Assembly: GCA_011364925.1 (NCBI GenBank) | Contig: RDOA01000009.1 | Span: forward strand, 47,291 to 111,290 | Direction of reading: 5' to 3' | From: Promethearchaeota archaeon | Lineage (GTDB): Archaea; Asgardarchaeota; Lokiarchaeia; Sigyniarchaeales; SOKP01 | DNA length: 64,000 bases | Part shown: positions 41,201-50,980 of the stretch, one piece after another | How positions within the stretch are numbered: position 1 is the first letter of the stretch | How the letters are laid out: every line of letters begins with the position of its first letter | Made by a program: the position numbers and the translations under genes | Notes under the pieces: generated by a model | What the model saw: only the letters and a program-made list of their open reading frames with translations | What the model was told of the DNA's origin: nothing | Database searches by the model: none

Positions 41201-41794
41201 ATGGAAGGAAAAGGAAGTAGTATTGATAAGAATCGTTTGAGCTTGAGTGAGTCTGAAGAATATCACATTTTTTCAAATCTATTAAAGAGATTAAATCATA
41301 GCAAAATTACAAGTATGGAAAAGATTTTAATAATTGGAGACTCTCTAATAGAAATTTATTTGCAATTAATTAAGATTTCTCCAAATGCGCGATTTTATAT
41401 TACAAATAGTTCAAATAAGGTTTTAGAGTCCTTTAAAAAATATACTAAGAATTATGAAAATTATTCCACTTGTATTCTTGATGTTTCTAAAGGAGTCTCA
41501 CTTCATGATTTTGTTTTTTATAATGGTAAATTTGATTTAGTTATCGCTAACAAAGCTTATTCCCAATTAAGTAAAAAGAAAAGAAATCTTTCATTAAAAT
41601 TCCTATATAAACATTACTTGCGTGAAAATGGGATATTATCTATAATTAGTTATATAAGAGATACTATTCAAGGTGGTAAATTTAACTTTATAAGAAATAT
41701 TAAACCCGTTTTAGAAAAAGAAATTTCAATAGAAAATAAAAAAAATTCAATTCAATTTAGTTTTTTTAGGAAAAATAAACGTTTTCCGAGTTAG
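41201..41794 (+). CDS. Divergent class I SAM-methyltransferase-like protein
   Basis: KILIIGD (degenerate motif I), ILDV, KFDLVIA, LRENGIL. ATG 41201 follows GGAGG and is preferred over 41165. Confidence 0.5.
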   Translation: MEGKGSSIDKNRLSLSESEEYHIFSNLLKRLNHSKITSMEKILIIGDSLIEIYLQLIKISPNARFYITNSSNKVLESFKKYTKNYENYSTCILDVSKGVSLHDFVFYNGKFDLVIANKAYSQLSKKKRNLSLKFLYKHYLRENGILSIISYIRDTIQGGKFNFIRNIKPVLEKEISIENKKNSIQFSFFRKNKRFPS

Positions 41795-41913
41795 GCGCTA
41801 CTTGATGAAGTATGATGAGCATGAAAAGCATAAAAATTAAAGTTTCTTATTTTAGTATTGTAGCGATTGCACTTGTTTTTATAAATTTTTAATTATCTCT
41901 TTAAAAATGAATT

Positions 41914-42549
41914 ATGAACAAAGTTTTAGATAAAATAAGACAAGACGGTAAGGAAATTATTACCTTGGAGGAATTAAGAAGTTATTGTAAAGAGTTGTAT
42001 TTTAATTATAAAATTATTGGCAATTATTTGATTTCTCGAAAATTTTTAATAAAAATATTAGACGATACTTATTATGTAAAGACAGCAGAGGAGATTAATC
42101 AAAATAAGCTAAACGTTTCCGTTTCAGAGCTCCTCGGTAAAGCATTAGAATTAAAGAATATTAACAATTGGTACTTTGGTTTATATACAGCTTTAAACCT
42201 TAATGGAATTAAGTATGTTCATCAAGATGAATACTGCTATGTTATAAATAATCGAATTCTAATTAATAGACCAATAAAGGTTCTTGGTAAAAAATATAGG
42301 TTTTTAAGGTTTCAAGATAGTCTCTTTAATTTCGGAATAATAAATGGAAAAATTAAATATTCAGATCCAGAAAAAACAATATTAGATTTGTTATATTTGT
42401 GGGAATATAGTCAAAAAACCGAAAATAGAATAATTGTTGAATTGTTGAAATTGTTAGATGGAAACTCTAAAGAGAAGTTACTTGAATATTCGAAATCTTA
42501 CCCTATATCTACGATAAATATCTTGAACAAAGCCTTGAAAAATTTATAA
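41914..42549 (+). CDS. AbiEi-like (type IV TA antitoxin family) transcriptional regulator
   Basis: N-terminal wHTH-like region, WYFGLYTALNLNG, FNFGI, YSDPEKTILDLLY. Confidence 0.7.
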   Translation: MNKVLDKIRQDGKEIITLEELRSYCKELYFNYKIIGNYLISRKFLIKILDDTYYVKTAEEINQNKLNVSVSELLGKALELKNINNWYFGLYTALNLNGIKYVHQDEYCYVINNRILINRPIKVLGKKYRFLRFQDSLFNFGIINGKIKYSDPEKTILDLLYLWEYSQKTENRIIVELLKLLDGNSKEKLLEYSKSYPISTINILNKALKNL

Positions 42550-42615
42550 TTATAATGTAACAATGTAATGAGAAAAAATCTAGATTATTCTTAATTTACA
42601 TTTTAAATCTTAATT

Positions 42616-42819
42616 CTATTTCTTCGAATCTGAAAGTTTTTTGTCAATATAGTCCAATAAAATCAAATCTTCAGGCTTTAGCTCGGTTTTTTCTAAATCA
42701 TTCGCTATCTCATTTAATATATTTTTCTTTTTGGAACGCTTTTTCATCCTTAAGATTATTTTATTCTTTAAATTCTCTCTTCTCTTCTTTAATTCTTTTT
42801 TATCTGCCAAAATCTTCAC
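42616..42819 (-). CDS. Small basic hypothetical protein
   Basis: 67-aa Lys-rich helical ORF with plausible codon usage. Confidence 0.45.
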   Translation of the reverse strand: MKILADKKELKKRRENLKNKIILRMKKRSKKKNILNEIANDLEKTELKPEDLILLDYIDKKLSDSKK

Positions 42820-42909
42820 TTTCTTGTGAATTTATATTGATGATAAATCTCAACATTAAATTTATAAATAACGATATTCCATAGGGTATCTCACAAAATT
42901 CAACCATAT

Positions 42910-44340
42910 TTAATCGTCACATACTTCTAATTTCATACAATCGTTTTTTTGTTCTTTCCCAAAGATGCTTTTGATTTGTTCAGCGATAATTTTTCCGTGA
43001 GCTACTGCTTCAACAACGCTTTTTGAGCCAGTAACACAATCGCCTCCAGCTAACACATCAGAAATAGATGTAATAAATCTTTTATTTACTATTATAGTAT
43101 CTGCTTTACTAGTTTTTAATTTTTCAGTATCAAATCCGTTTAAATCAGGCTTTTGACCAATTGCTTCAATTATTAAATCAGCTTCAACCTGAAAATTAGA
43201 ATCTTCGATGAGTATGGGAGTAGGTCTTCCACTTTGATCAATTTCTCCTAACTCCACTTTTTGGCAAACAGCACCTTGAAGTTCGTCTTCGGTGCATACA
43301 TATTCTATGGGAGTTACTAAGAAGCTGATGGGGATACCTTCATCTTCGGTATCTCGAATTTCATGCTTTCCCGCAGGCATCTGTTGTTTTTCTCTCCGAT
43401 AAAGGACGGAAACATCTGCTCCAAGACGCTTGCTAACTCTCGCAGCATCAGTTGCAGTGCTACCACCGCCAATAACAACAACTTTTCTTCCTTGTAAATT
43501 TGGAATTTGATTGTTTAAATGAAAGTTTCTTAAAAATGTGATTCCTTGTAGCACTCTACTTGAATCCTTACCAGGAATATCCATTCGTCTTGGTTTATGA
43601 GTTCCAATTCCAATGACGATTATGTCATATCCTAAATCAAATAGATGTTCACAAGTAAAATCGTTACTTATACTTTTATTGAGAATAAATTTAATCCCTA
43701 ACTTTTTTATGTTTGAGATCTCATCATTAAGAATATTTCTTGGTAATCGAAATTCAGGGATTTCAAAAGCCATCATTCCTCCAAGTGAACCAGTTTTTTC
43801 ATAAACTGTAACAGAGATTCCATATTTTCGGAGGTAATAAGCAGTTGTTAGGCTTAATGGTCCAGAACCTATTATCGCAACTTTTTTACCTGTATCAGCT
43901 TTACGTTCAAAATAATCTTTAGAAGGTCCAAAATTATCTGCTAAAAAACGTTTTATTAGAGGGATTTGTATTGGATCCCCTTTCTTCCCAGCAGTACAAT
44001 GAAGTTGACAATATCCCGGACATATTCTTTCTACGCTCCTAGGAAAAGGATAATGTTCATATATAATTTTAAGAGCACTATCTATATCGTTTTCCATTAC
44101 ATTCTTGATAATCTCTCTTGAATTACAATGAGTAGGACAAAATTCCATACATGGAGGGGGTTTTTCTTCAGGATCCTTATTTTTAAAGCATTGAAAGCAT
44201 CTCTCACATTCTTCTTGTATCTCTTCAAGTTTTAAATAACCAAGGTTTACTTCATTAAAGTTCCCTATTCGTTTATTTGTGGGCAATGAGTGATTTTTAA
44301 TGGCAATTTTACTACGAATTTTTTGTTTTTCTCCACTCAA
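42910..44340 (-). CDS. GltD/NfnB(SudA)-like NAD(P)H-dependent Fe-S flavoprotein
   Basis: ERCFQC...PPCMEFCP, RICP..CQLHC, IIGSGP, IPEFRLP, VIGGGSTATD, YRR, AGGDCVTG. Confidence 0.88.
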   Translation of the reverse strand: MSGEKQKIRSKIAIKNHSLPTNKRIGNFNEVNLGYLKLEEIQEECERCFQCFKNKDPEEKPPPCMEFCPTHCNSREIIKNVMENDIDSALKIIYEHYPFPRSVERICPGYCQLHCTAGKKGDPIQIPLIKRFLADNFGPSKDYFERKADTGKKVAIIGSGPLSLTTAYYLRKYGISVTVYEKTGSLGGMMAFEIPEFRLPRNILNDEISNIKKLGIKFILNKSISNDFTCEHLFDLGYDIIVIGIGTHKPRRMDIPGKDSSRVLQGITFLRNFHLNNQIPNLQGRKVVVIGGGSTATDAARVSKRLGADVSVLYRREKQQMPAGKHEIRDTEDEGIPISFLVTPIEYVCTEDELQGAVCQKVELGEIDQSGRPTPILIEDSNFQVEADLIIEAIGQKPDLNGFDTEKLKTSKADTIIVNKRFITSISDVLAGGDCVTGSKSVVEAVAHGKIIAEQIKSIFGKEQKNDCMKLEVCDD

Positions 44341-44469
44341 TTAAGATCCCTTAAACACTACTTTCTATTAATGGAAAATTTCTAAATTGTTATAAATTTA
44401 GCAGTTATAAAACAAAAACCTAAAATTAGAATAAGTGTGAAGCCAAAACGATTACTTTTCGGAATTTTT

Positions 44470-45816
44470 TCATTCCAAATCTTCAATTATATCGTAAATT
44501 TTGTCAATTAGTAAGTTATTTTTTATAGTTTCCTGTTCTTCTGTCTTCATATTTCTCACTGTAACTTCGTTTTTTTCCATCTCCTTTGGACCAATTATTA
44601 AAGTAATTAAAACGCCTAATTCGTTTGCTCTACTCAATTGATTTTTAAGATTTGAAAATCGGTAATCAATGATACAAGGAAAATCTTCAGCTCTTATCAT
44701 CTGAGCAAGTTTCAATGCATAATTGGACACTTTATCGTTGATTGAGGCAATATAGATTGTATCAGTGTAATCCTTTTCCCGAATTTCACTCGGGATTAGG
44801 TCGTACGTTTTTAGGAATAAAGAAAACATTAATATTCCCATTCCAAATCCTGTGCCAGTTATTTTCTCATCTGAAAACATTGATAATAAATCATCATATC
44901 TCCCTCCTCCGAAAATACTTCTTATATTATCCTTTCCAGTATCAAATACCTCGTAAATAATTCCGGTATAATAATCTAAGCCTCTTACCGTTCCCGAAGA
45001 AAAAGTACAATATTTTGAAAGATTTAAATCATTTAGGAGCAAGTTAAAATTAGTTAGTTCTAGATAACCTTCAGATTTATAAAATTCTTCCGGAATGTTA
45101 TCAAACTTACTTAATAATTCATCAATACTCTTCGCATCTTTTAATTTAAGAATCCCTTGGATAATTATTTCATCTTGAAATGTATCTATTAAATATTTCT
45201 CAAACTCTGCATCCTCCAATTTATTGGATTTATCTAAAGTTTTGTAAACTAAGGGAATTTTGCTCGGTTCAATTTCGATTATATATTTGCTTACTGCATC
45301 CATAAATCGTCGACTATTGAAGTATATTTGAAATTGATCTGATGTAGCTCCGAATTCATTGAATATATCTATGATAATATTAAATATTTCGAGATCAGCG
45401 TATAGGCTTTCTTCACCTAATATATCAACATTAGGTTGAAAAAAAGCACGACGACGACCTTTCTGAGGTCTTTCATACCTAAAGCAAGTTGGAGAACAAA
45501 ACCATCGAATAGGTTTTTTTAATTCTTGACTTTTTTTAGCGACCATTCGAGCTAACGAAGGTGTTAGCTCTGGTATCAAAATAAGCCTTTCTCCTTCTTT
45601 TTTTTCGATAATAAATGATTGTTCATTAACTAATTCATCAGATGATTTCGCAGCAAATATTTCATAGGGTTCTACTTGTGGGGTTAGATACTCTTCATAA
45701 CCATATCTTTCTGCTACATCTCTAATCGTATCAATTATCCAATTTACAACGCGTAAATCTTCTGGGTAATAATCGTCCATACCTCTAATAGGTTCCTTTG
45801 AAAATTTCTTGGACAT
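44470..45816 (-). CDS. hisS: Histidyl-tRNA synthetase
   Basis: RGMDDY, PELTPSLAR, FRYERPQKGR, RGLDYYTG, GGGRYDDL. Confidence 0.97.
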   Translation of the reverse strand: MSKKFSKEPIRGMDDYYPEDLRVVNWIIDTIRDVAERYGYEEYLTPQVEPYEIFAAKSSDELVNEQSFIIEKKEGERLILIPELTPSLARMVAKKSQELKKPIRWFCSPTCFRYERPQKGRRRAFFQPNVDILGEESLYADLEIFNIIIDIFNEFGATSDQFQIYFNSRRFMDAVSKYIIEIEPSKIPLVYKTLDKSNKLEDAEFEKYLIDTFQDEIIIQGILKLKDAKSIDELLSKFDNIPEEFYKSEGYLELTNFNLLLNDLNLSKYCTFSSGTVRGLDYYTGIIYEVFDTGKDNIRSIFGGGRYDDLLSMFSDEKITGTGFGMGILMFSLFLKTYDLIPSEIREKDYTDTIYIASINDKVSNYALKLAQMIRAEDFPCIIDYRFSNLKNQLSRANELGVLITLIIGPKEMEKNEVTVRNMKTEEQETIKNNLLIDKIYDIIEDLE

Positions 45817-45974
45817 TAAATCACATCTATTCTGTATTACAACAATTAAAATTTAAAAAGAATCTTAACAATTAATTTTTTCGATATTTTTACATCAAAG
45901 ACTAAAACACTCTAAATTAAGTTTAATTAGAATTCCAATTTAATGATCTTAATACTTCTTAATTTATCAAGGAG

Positions 45975-47063
45975 TTGTTATTCTTGGAAGGCAATTGGAA
46001 AGATAATATTTCAACACCAGCTCTCGTTGTAGATTATGGCCTCATGCAGAAGAATATTAAGACTATGGCTAATTTTGCGAGAGAAAAAAAAATTAACCTA
46101 AGACCGCATGTAAAAACTCACAAGTGCCCAGAGATAGCTAAGATGATGCTAGAAGCGGGAGCAAGCGGTATCTGTGTAGCAAAAGTTGGTGAAGCGGAGA
46201 TTTTTGCCGAATCTGGTTTAAACGATATATTGATCGCAAATCAAGTAATAGACTTAGGTCAAATTAAAAGGTTAATTGAACTGAATAAAAAAACACTTGT
46301 TAGAGTTTGTGTTGATTCAGAGAAAAATGTTAAAGATCTTAGTAAAGCAGCCCAAAAAGAAGGAGTTTCGATAGAAGTAGTATTAGAAATAGATATTGGA
46401 TTAGGAAGAAATGGCATTCAACCTGGAGAACCTGCACTGAATTTCGCAAAATTTCTACAAAATCAAAAGAACATAAAGCTAGTTGGTCTCCAAGGATATG
46501 AAGGACACTTAATATCTGTACTAGATCCGGAGTTAAGAGAACAACAAGCTCACAATTGCATGCAACTTTTAGTTGACACTCGAGATCTTCTAAATGAAAA
46601 TGGCATTAACATAAATTATTTAACTGGCGGAAATACAACTACATATAGGTTCACTGGATCACACGAAGGTATAACTGAAATTCAACCCGGTACTTATGTA
46701 TTTAACGATGAACATCACTATAGAGTATGTCCGGAATTTAAAGTCGCGGCAACAGTCTTATGTGCAGTGTCTAATAACCCTACACGAAGAATTTATACAG
46801 TTGATGCAGGATTAAAATCAGTCACCAATGACAACGGTAATCCAACCCTCAGGGATTATCCTAAATCTAAAATTAAAGTTATGACAGAAGAACACTCTAT
46901 TATAAGAACTGGCCCAAAAGACACATTCGAAATAGGACAAAAAATAGAGATAATTCCTTCTCATATTTGTACAACTGTAAATTTATATGACTTTTTGACT
47001 GTTGTTAAAGATGATGAGATTATCGAAAAATGGGATGTGTTAGCAAGAGGAAAAAATTATTAA
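45975..47063 (+). CDS. DSD1/D-threonine aldolase family PLP-dependent enzyme
   Basis: TPALVVD, LRPHVKTHK, GYEGH, TEIQPGTYVFND, DAGLKS, EEH, PSHICTTVNL. Confidence 0.9.
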   Translation: MLFLEGNWKDNISTPALVVDYGLMQKNIKTMANFAREKKINLRPHVKTHKCPEIAKMMLEAGASGICVAKVGEAEIFAESGLNDILIANQVIDLGQIKRLIELNKKTLVRVCVDSEKNVKDLSKAAQKEGVSIEVVLEIDIGLGRNGIQPGEPALNFAKFLQNQKNIKLVGLQGYEGHLISVLDPELREQQAHNCMQLLVDTRDLLNENGININYLTGGNTTTYRFTGSHEGITEIQPGTYVFNDEHHYRVCPEFKVAATVLCAVSNNPTRRIYTVDAGLKSVTNDNGNPTLRDYPKSKIKVMTEEHSIIRTGPKDTFEIGQKIEIIPSHICTTVNLYDFLTVVKDDEIIEKWDVLARGKNY

Positions 47064-47085
47064 AAATTAAAGGATAATATTAATT

Positions 47086-47463
47086 ATGCCAAATTCAGAG
47101 ATTGTAAATCCTGGGACGCCAGTTGCCGGTCCCTATACTCCAGGTATAAAAGTTGGAAATTTATTGTTTATTTCAGGACAAGGACCTGCCCAAGGAGCTC
47201 TTGACATAGAAGAGCAAACAAGAACTACACTTGGGAAGATAAAAATAATAGTTGAAGCAGCTGGAGGGACACTTTCAAACATAGTCAATACTACAGTTTA
47301 TTTAAAAAATGTTCAGGATTTTGGGAAAATGAACAAAATATACAAAACATTTTTTGAAGAAAATGGAGTTACCGAAAAGTTTCCTTCACGATCTACAGTA
47401 GAAGTTTCGAATTTACCTCTCGCAACTATGCTTATAGAGATTGGAGCAATAGCAGTATTATAA
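47086..47463 (+). CDS. ridA: RidA family enamine/imine deaminase
   Basis: GPYTPG, LFISGQ, FPSRSTVEV, IEI. Confidence 0.9.
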   Translation: MPNSEIVNPGTPVAGPYTPGIKVGNLLFISGQGPAQGALDIEEQTRTTLGKIKIIVEAAGGTLSNIVNTTVYLKNVQDFGKMNKIYKTFFEENGVTEKFPSRSTVEVSNLPLATMLIEIGAIAVL

Positions 47464-47532
47464 GTTGATCATAGTTCCCTTTTATTCCTACCAAAAATTT
47501 TTAATATCTTTTAGCTAGGTTTAAAAAAAATC

Positions 47533-49371
47533 TTAATATAAATCGTTAATTACGAAGTTTAAATTAAGCTCCTCAAGAGTTTCTTTAAGAGGGTAACCAT
47601 TATCAGGATTCCAACCCATCTTTTCGCAATATCCCTTGTAATCTTCTAAATAATCTATACTCACTGCTCTATCTGAAATATTGTTCTTAATAATATCCAC
47701 TCCTTCACGAAGAGTGAATGCTTGTCTTAATGTTTGTATCCTTAGCCCTATCTTTATAATTTCTTCCATAGATATGTCCCATCCCACAATAGCTTTAATC
47801 AATTTCTTCAATGGATATTGTTGAAAGAAAGCTGAGAATTCGCATAACCCTAGACTGTTAAAACTTTGCCATAATCCAGCAACCAATTTTTCCGCTTCGC
47901 TTCTTTCTTCTCCAGCCCTTTTAAATTTTCTTGGTAAGGCAATTCCTTCGAATAATCCGTCAGGTTTTATAATAGGTCCCATTGCTAACATATCAAGTGT
48001 AGCGCTTGTATGTCTCCCGGGAGTTGGATCAAACGCGAAGGAAGCACCCATGCTTTTATAATATTTTGCGGAATGCATGCCAAGTTCTTGGCCTAAAGCA
48101 TGGATAGCGTAGACTTCACTACCTTTTCCTATTTTTTCAGATGCAATTTTACTCCCATCTGCTAATAAATCACCAATTCCTTCCCGATTAATAATTTTTT
48201 TCAGAATTTCTAGTATTGCCTTAGAATTTCCCCAAGTTAACTCAATACCATCTGTATCATCCAACCCTAATATCCCGTTTTCAAAACATTCGATAGCAAA
48301 AGCTATTGTCGCTCCAGCAGAGATTGTATCTAAACCTGCTCTGTTACACAAATCATTAGCTGTAAAGATGGTCATTAGATCATCATTTAAAAGTAAATGT
48401 CCAAAACTCGCACAAGTCTCGTATTCTGGTCTGTGTGTTTCTTCGAGACCAACTTCAGGTACTTTTAAAATAGCGCCACATTGAACGGGGCAAGAAAAAC
48501 AGCCATATGATTTTTGCTTAAATTTTAATATCTCTGTCCCCGCTAATTTATTAAGTTTTTCATCGGGAAAATCGTCTCTTGATCCCCCCCAATTTTTACA
48601 AGGTGTATCTCCAATTTGAAAAGAAATAGTATTACCAAATGTAGTACCCATTGATTTATATGCTTCTATTGCTCCACCAGTCGCATTTCGTATTCCTTCA
48701 TTGTATAATTTGGTATGCTCGAGTAATTCTTTCTTATCTGAAATGTTAACAGATTGATTTCCCCTAAGAACGATAGCTTTTAATTTCTTAGAGCCCATAA
48801 CGGCGCCCAATCCTGACCTTCCCGCAATTCTAGCCTTATCATTTACTATTCCCGAGATTAACGATAACTTCTCCCCGGACTGGCCTATACTAGCTACTTG
48901 AACTTTTCCATACATTTCAGTCAGTTTTTCTTCTGTTTGGACTACATCTAATCCCCAAAACTCTGAAGCATCCAAAATTTGCTTCTCACCATCTATTATT
49001 GAAATATATTTAGGACTATTTGACATACCTTTAATTAAAATAGCGTCGTAGCCACATTTTTTTATTTCAGGTCCAAAATATCCTCCACAATTCGAATCAC
49101 CCCACGTTCCCGTAAGGGGCGATTTTCCTGCAACCATAAATCGACCACTAAATGGTGCTACTGTACCTGTTAATAAACCCGGAAAAAATCCAAAAAGTGA
49201 ATCGGATGATAATGCACCTATATTTGCAGGCATATTTTGATAAAGTAATTTCGCAGCTAACCCATATCCTCCTAAATATTGACGATAAACTTCGTCTTTC
49301 AATTCTTCTTCTTCAAATGAATCGTTAGAAAGATTAATCCACAATATTTTACCTAAATATCCATTTGGCAT
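47533..49371 (-). CDS. aor: Tungsten-dependent aldehyde:ferredoxin oxidoreductase family
   Basis: KSPLTG, DSNCGG, GRSGLGAVMGSKKLKA, CFSCPVQC, PEYET, DTIS. Confidence 0.92.
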   Translation of the reverse strand: MPNGYLGKILWINLSNDSFEEEELKDEVYRQYLGGYGLAAKLLYQNMPANIGALSSDSLFGFFPGLLTGTVAPFSGRFMVAGKSPLTGTWGDSNCGGYFGPEIKKCGYDAILIKGMSNSPKYISIIDGEKQILDASEFWGLDVVQTEEKLTEMYGKVQVASIGQSGEKLSLISGIVNDKARIAGRSGLGAVMGSKKLKAIVLRGNQSVNISDKKELLEHTKLYNEGIRNATGGAIEAYKSMGTTFGNTISFQIGDTPCKNWGGSRDDFPDEKLNKLAGTEILKFKQKSYGCFSCPVQCGAILKVPEVGLEETHRPEYETCASFGHLLLNDDLMTIFTANDLCNRAGLDTISAGATIAFAIECFENGILGLDDTDGIELTWGNSKAILEILKKIINREGIGDLLADGSKIASEKIGKGSEVYAIHALGQELGMHSAKYYKSMGASFAFDPTPGRHTSATLDMLAMGPIIKPDGLFEGIALPRKFKRAGEERSEAEKLVAGLWQSFNSLGLCEFSAFFQQYPLKKLIKAIVGWDISMEEIIKIGLRIQTLRQAFTLREGVDIIKNNISDRAVSIDYLEDYKGYCEKMGWNPDNGYPLKETLEELNLNFVINDLY

Positions 49372-49494
49372 CTTTTTTATTACCGTACAATTTAATTTAT
49401 AGAAATATATTGCAAGTGATATTTTTAAATAATTTAAATATTTAGAATGTATAAAGTAATTTTAACTGAGAATTATATGGAGTAGAGATATTGT

Positions 49495-49788
49495 ATGACT
49501 AAACAACTGAAAAGTTTTATCTTAATGAGTCCAGATGATAATTGTGCTACTGCGTTGGAAGATGTATCAAAAGATTCGCAAGTTCAAATAATGGACATTT
49601 CAATTACAATAAATCATGATATACCGTTAGGACACAAAATTGCTTTAGCAGACATTAAAAAAGGCGAGTTGGTCAAAAAATATGGTCAAGCTATAGGAGT
49701 TGCTACTGAAAATATAACAAAAGGAGATTGGATACACACTCATAATCTATCAAGCCAATACATTCAGGAGGTTTTGAAAAACGACTGA
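49495..49788 (+). CDS. UxaA-family dehydratase small (SAF) subunit
   Basis: DNCATAL, IPLGHKIAL..IKKGE.VKKYG..IG, GDWIHTHN. Confidence 0.9.
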   Translation: MTKQLKSFILMSPDDNCATALEDVSKDSQVQIMDISITINHDIPLGHKIALADIKKGELVKKYGQAIGVATENITKGDWIHTHNLSSQYIQEVLKND

Positions 49789-50968
49789 AGAATTTATGGG
49801 ATATCAACGACCAAAGGGAGAAGTGGGAATTAGAAATAAAATAGCGATCATATCTTCTGTTGTATGTGTAAACCATGTAGTTCAGCAAATCGCTAATCAA
49901 GTAGAGAATGCTGTTCCTATTACTCATCCTTTAGGTTGTGGTCAATTTGGACCAGACTACAAGAATACTCTAAATACTTTGATTGGATTAGGAAAAAATC
50001 CAAATGTGTTTGGAGTTATTGTTGTAGGTTTAGGGTGTGAAAATATTACAAGTAGTTTAGTGGCGAAAAATATTAAGAAATCGAAGAAACCAGTTGAATT
50101 TTTCGATTTACAGGATATTAAAGGAGGATCACCAGCGGCAATAGAAAAAGGTGTTAAGCTTGGCAAAAAACTTTCAAAGGAAGCTGAAGAAATGAAAAGA
50201 GAACCATTTGACTTCTCGCGCATAGTCTTAGGATTAGAATGTGGGGCATCAGATTCCATATCTGGAATTTCAGCGAATCCAGCATTAGGAATAGTATCTG
50301 ATAGAATCGTTAATTATGGGGGAATATCAATATTACCAGAGTTTACAGAATGGATAGGGACTGAACATCTACTCATTAAAAGAGCAATAGATGAGAATGT
50401 CGCAGAACAAATAAAAGATTTACTTTCCGGTTTTATAGAAAATCTAAAAGGGTTAGGCATCAACTTTCTTGGAGTTCAACCCACTCCCGGGAACATCCAA
50501 GGTGGATTAACAACTATAGAAGAAAAAAGCCTAGGTACTATCGCAAAAGCTGGAAAATCTCCAATCCAAGGGTTAATCCAATACACAGAAAAACCTAAAG
50601 GAAAAGGTTTATGGTTAATGGTAGAACCAAGCTTGGATGTTGAATCTATGACAGGCTTAGCGGGTGTAGGAGCAAATGTGATTATTATGACGACTGGAAG
50701 AGGTAGCCCTTGTGGCAATCCAGTAGTACCTGTGATAAAGTTATGCGGTAACCCTAAAACATACGAATGGATGGCAGAGAACATTGATGTGGATATGAGT
50801 CCAATAATTATGGGAGATAAATCTGTGGAAGATCTGGCTGAAGTTCTCTGGGTAAAGTTAAAAAGTACATTGAACGGCCAAGAAACTCAAGCAGAAAAAT
50901 TAGGTTTTAATGATGTAGCGATTTGGAGAAATACCGCTTCACCGTTTCAATACATGCATTGTAAATAA
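49781..50968 (+). CDS. UxaA/GarD/SuyB-family dehydratase large subunit (start ACG 49781 or ATG 49796)
   Basis: FMGYQR..G.VGIRN, HPLGCGQ, GLGCE, GLECGASD, NPALG, PTPGNIQGGLTTIEEKSLG, TTGRG. Confidence 0.9.
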   Translation, partial: TTEEFMGYQRPKGEVGIRNKIAIISSVVCVNHVVQQIANQVENAVPITHPLGCGQFGPDYKNTLNTLIGLGKNPNVFGVIVVGLGCENITSSLVAKNIKKSKKPVEFFDLQDIKGGSPAAIEKGVKLGKKLSKEAEEMKREPFDFSRIVLGLECGASDSISGISANPALGIVSDRIVNYGGISILPEFTEWIGTEHLLIKRAIDENVAEQIKDLLSGFIENLKGLGINFLGVQPTPGNIQGGLTTIEEKSLGTIAKAGKSPIQGLIQYTEKPKGKGLWLMVEPSLDVESMTGLAGVGANVIIMTTGRGSPCGNPVVPVIKLCGNPKTYEWMAENIDVDMSPIIMGDKSVEDLAEVLWVKLKSTLNGQETQAEKLGFNDVAIWRNTASPFQYMHCK

Positions 50969-50980
50969 TAATAAGTGAGT

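Noticed and set aside
41796-41865. Possible C/D-box sRNA (ATGATGA inside CGCTAC...GTAGCG ends)
   Set aside because: No CTGA D-box near the 3' end; a 6-bp terminal stem alone is weak evidence.
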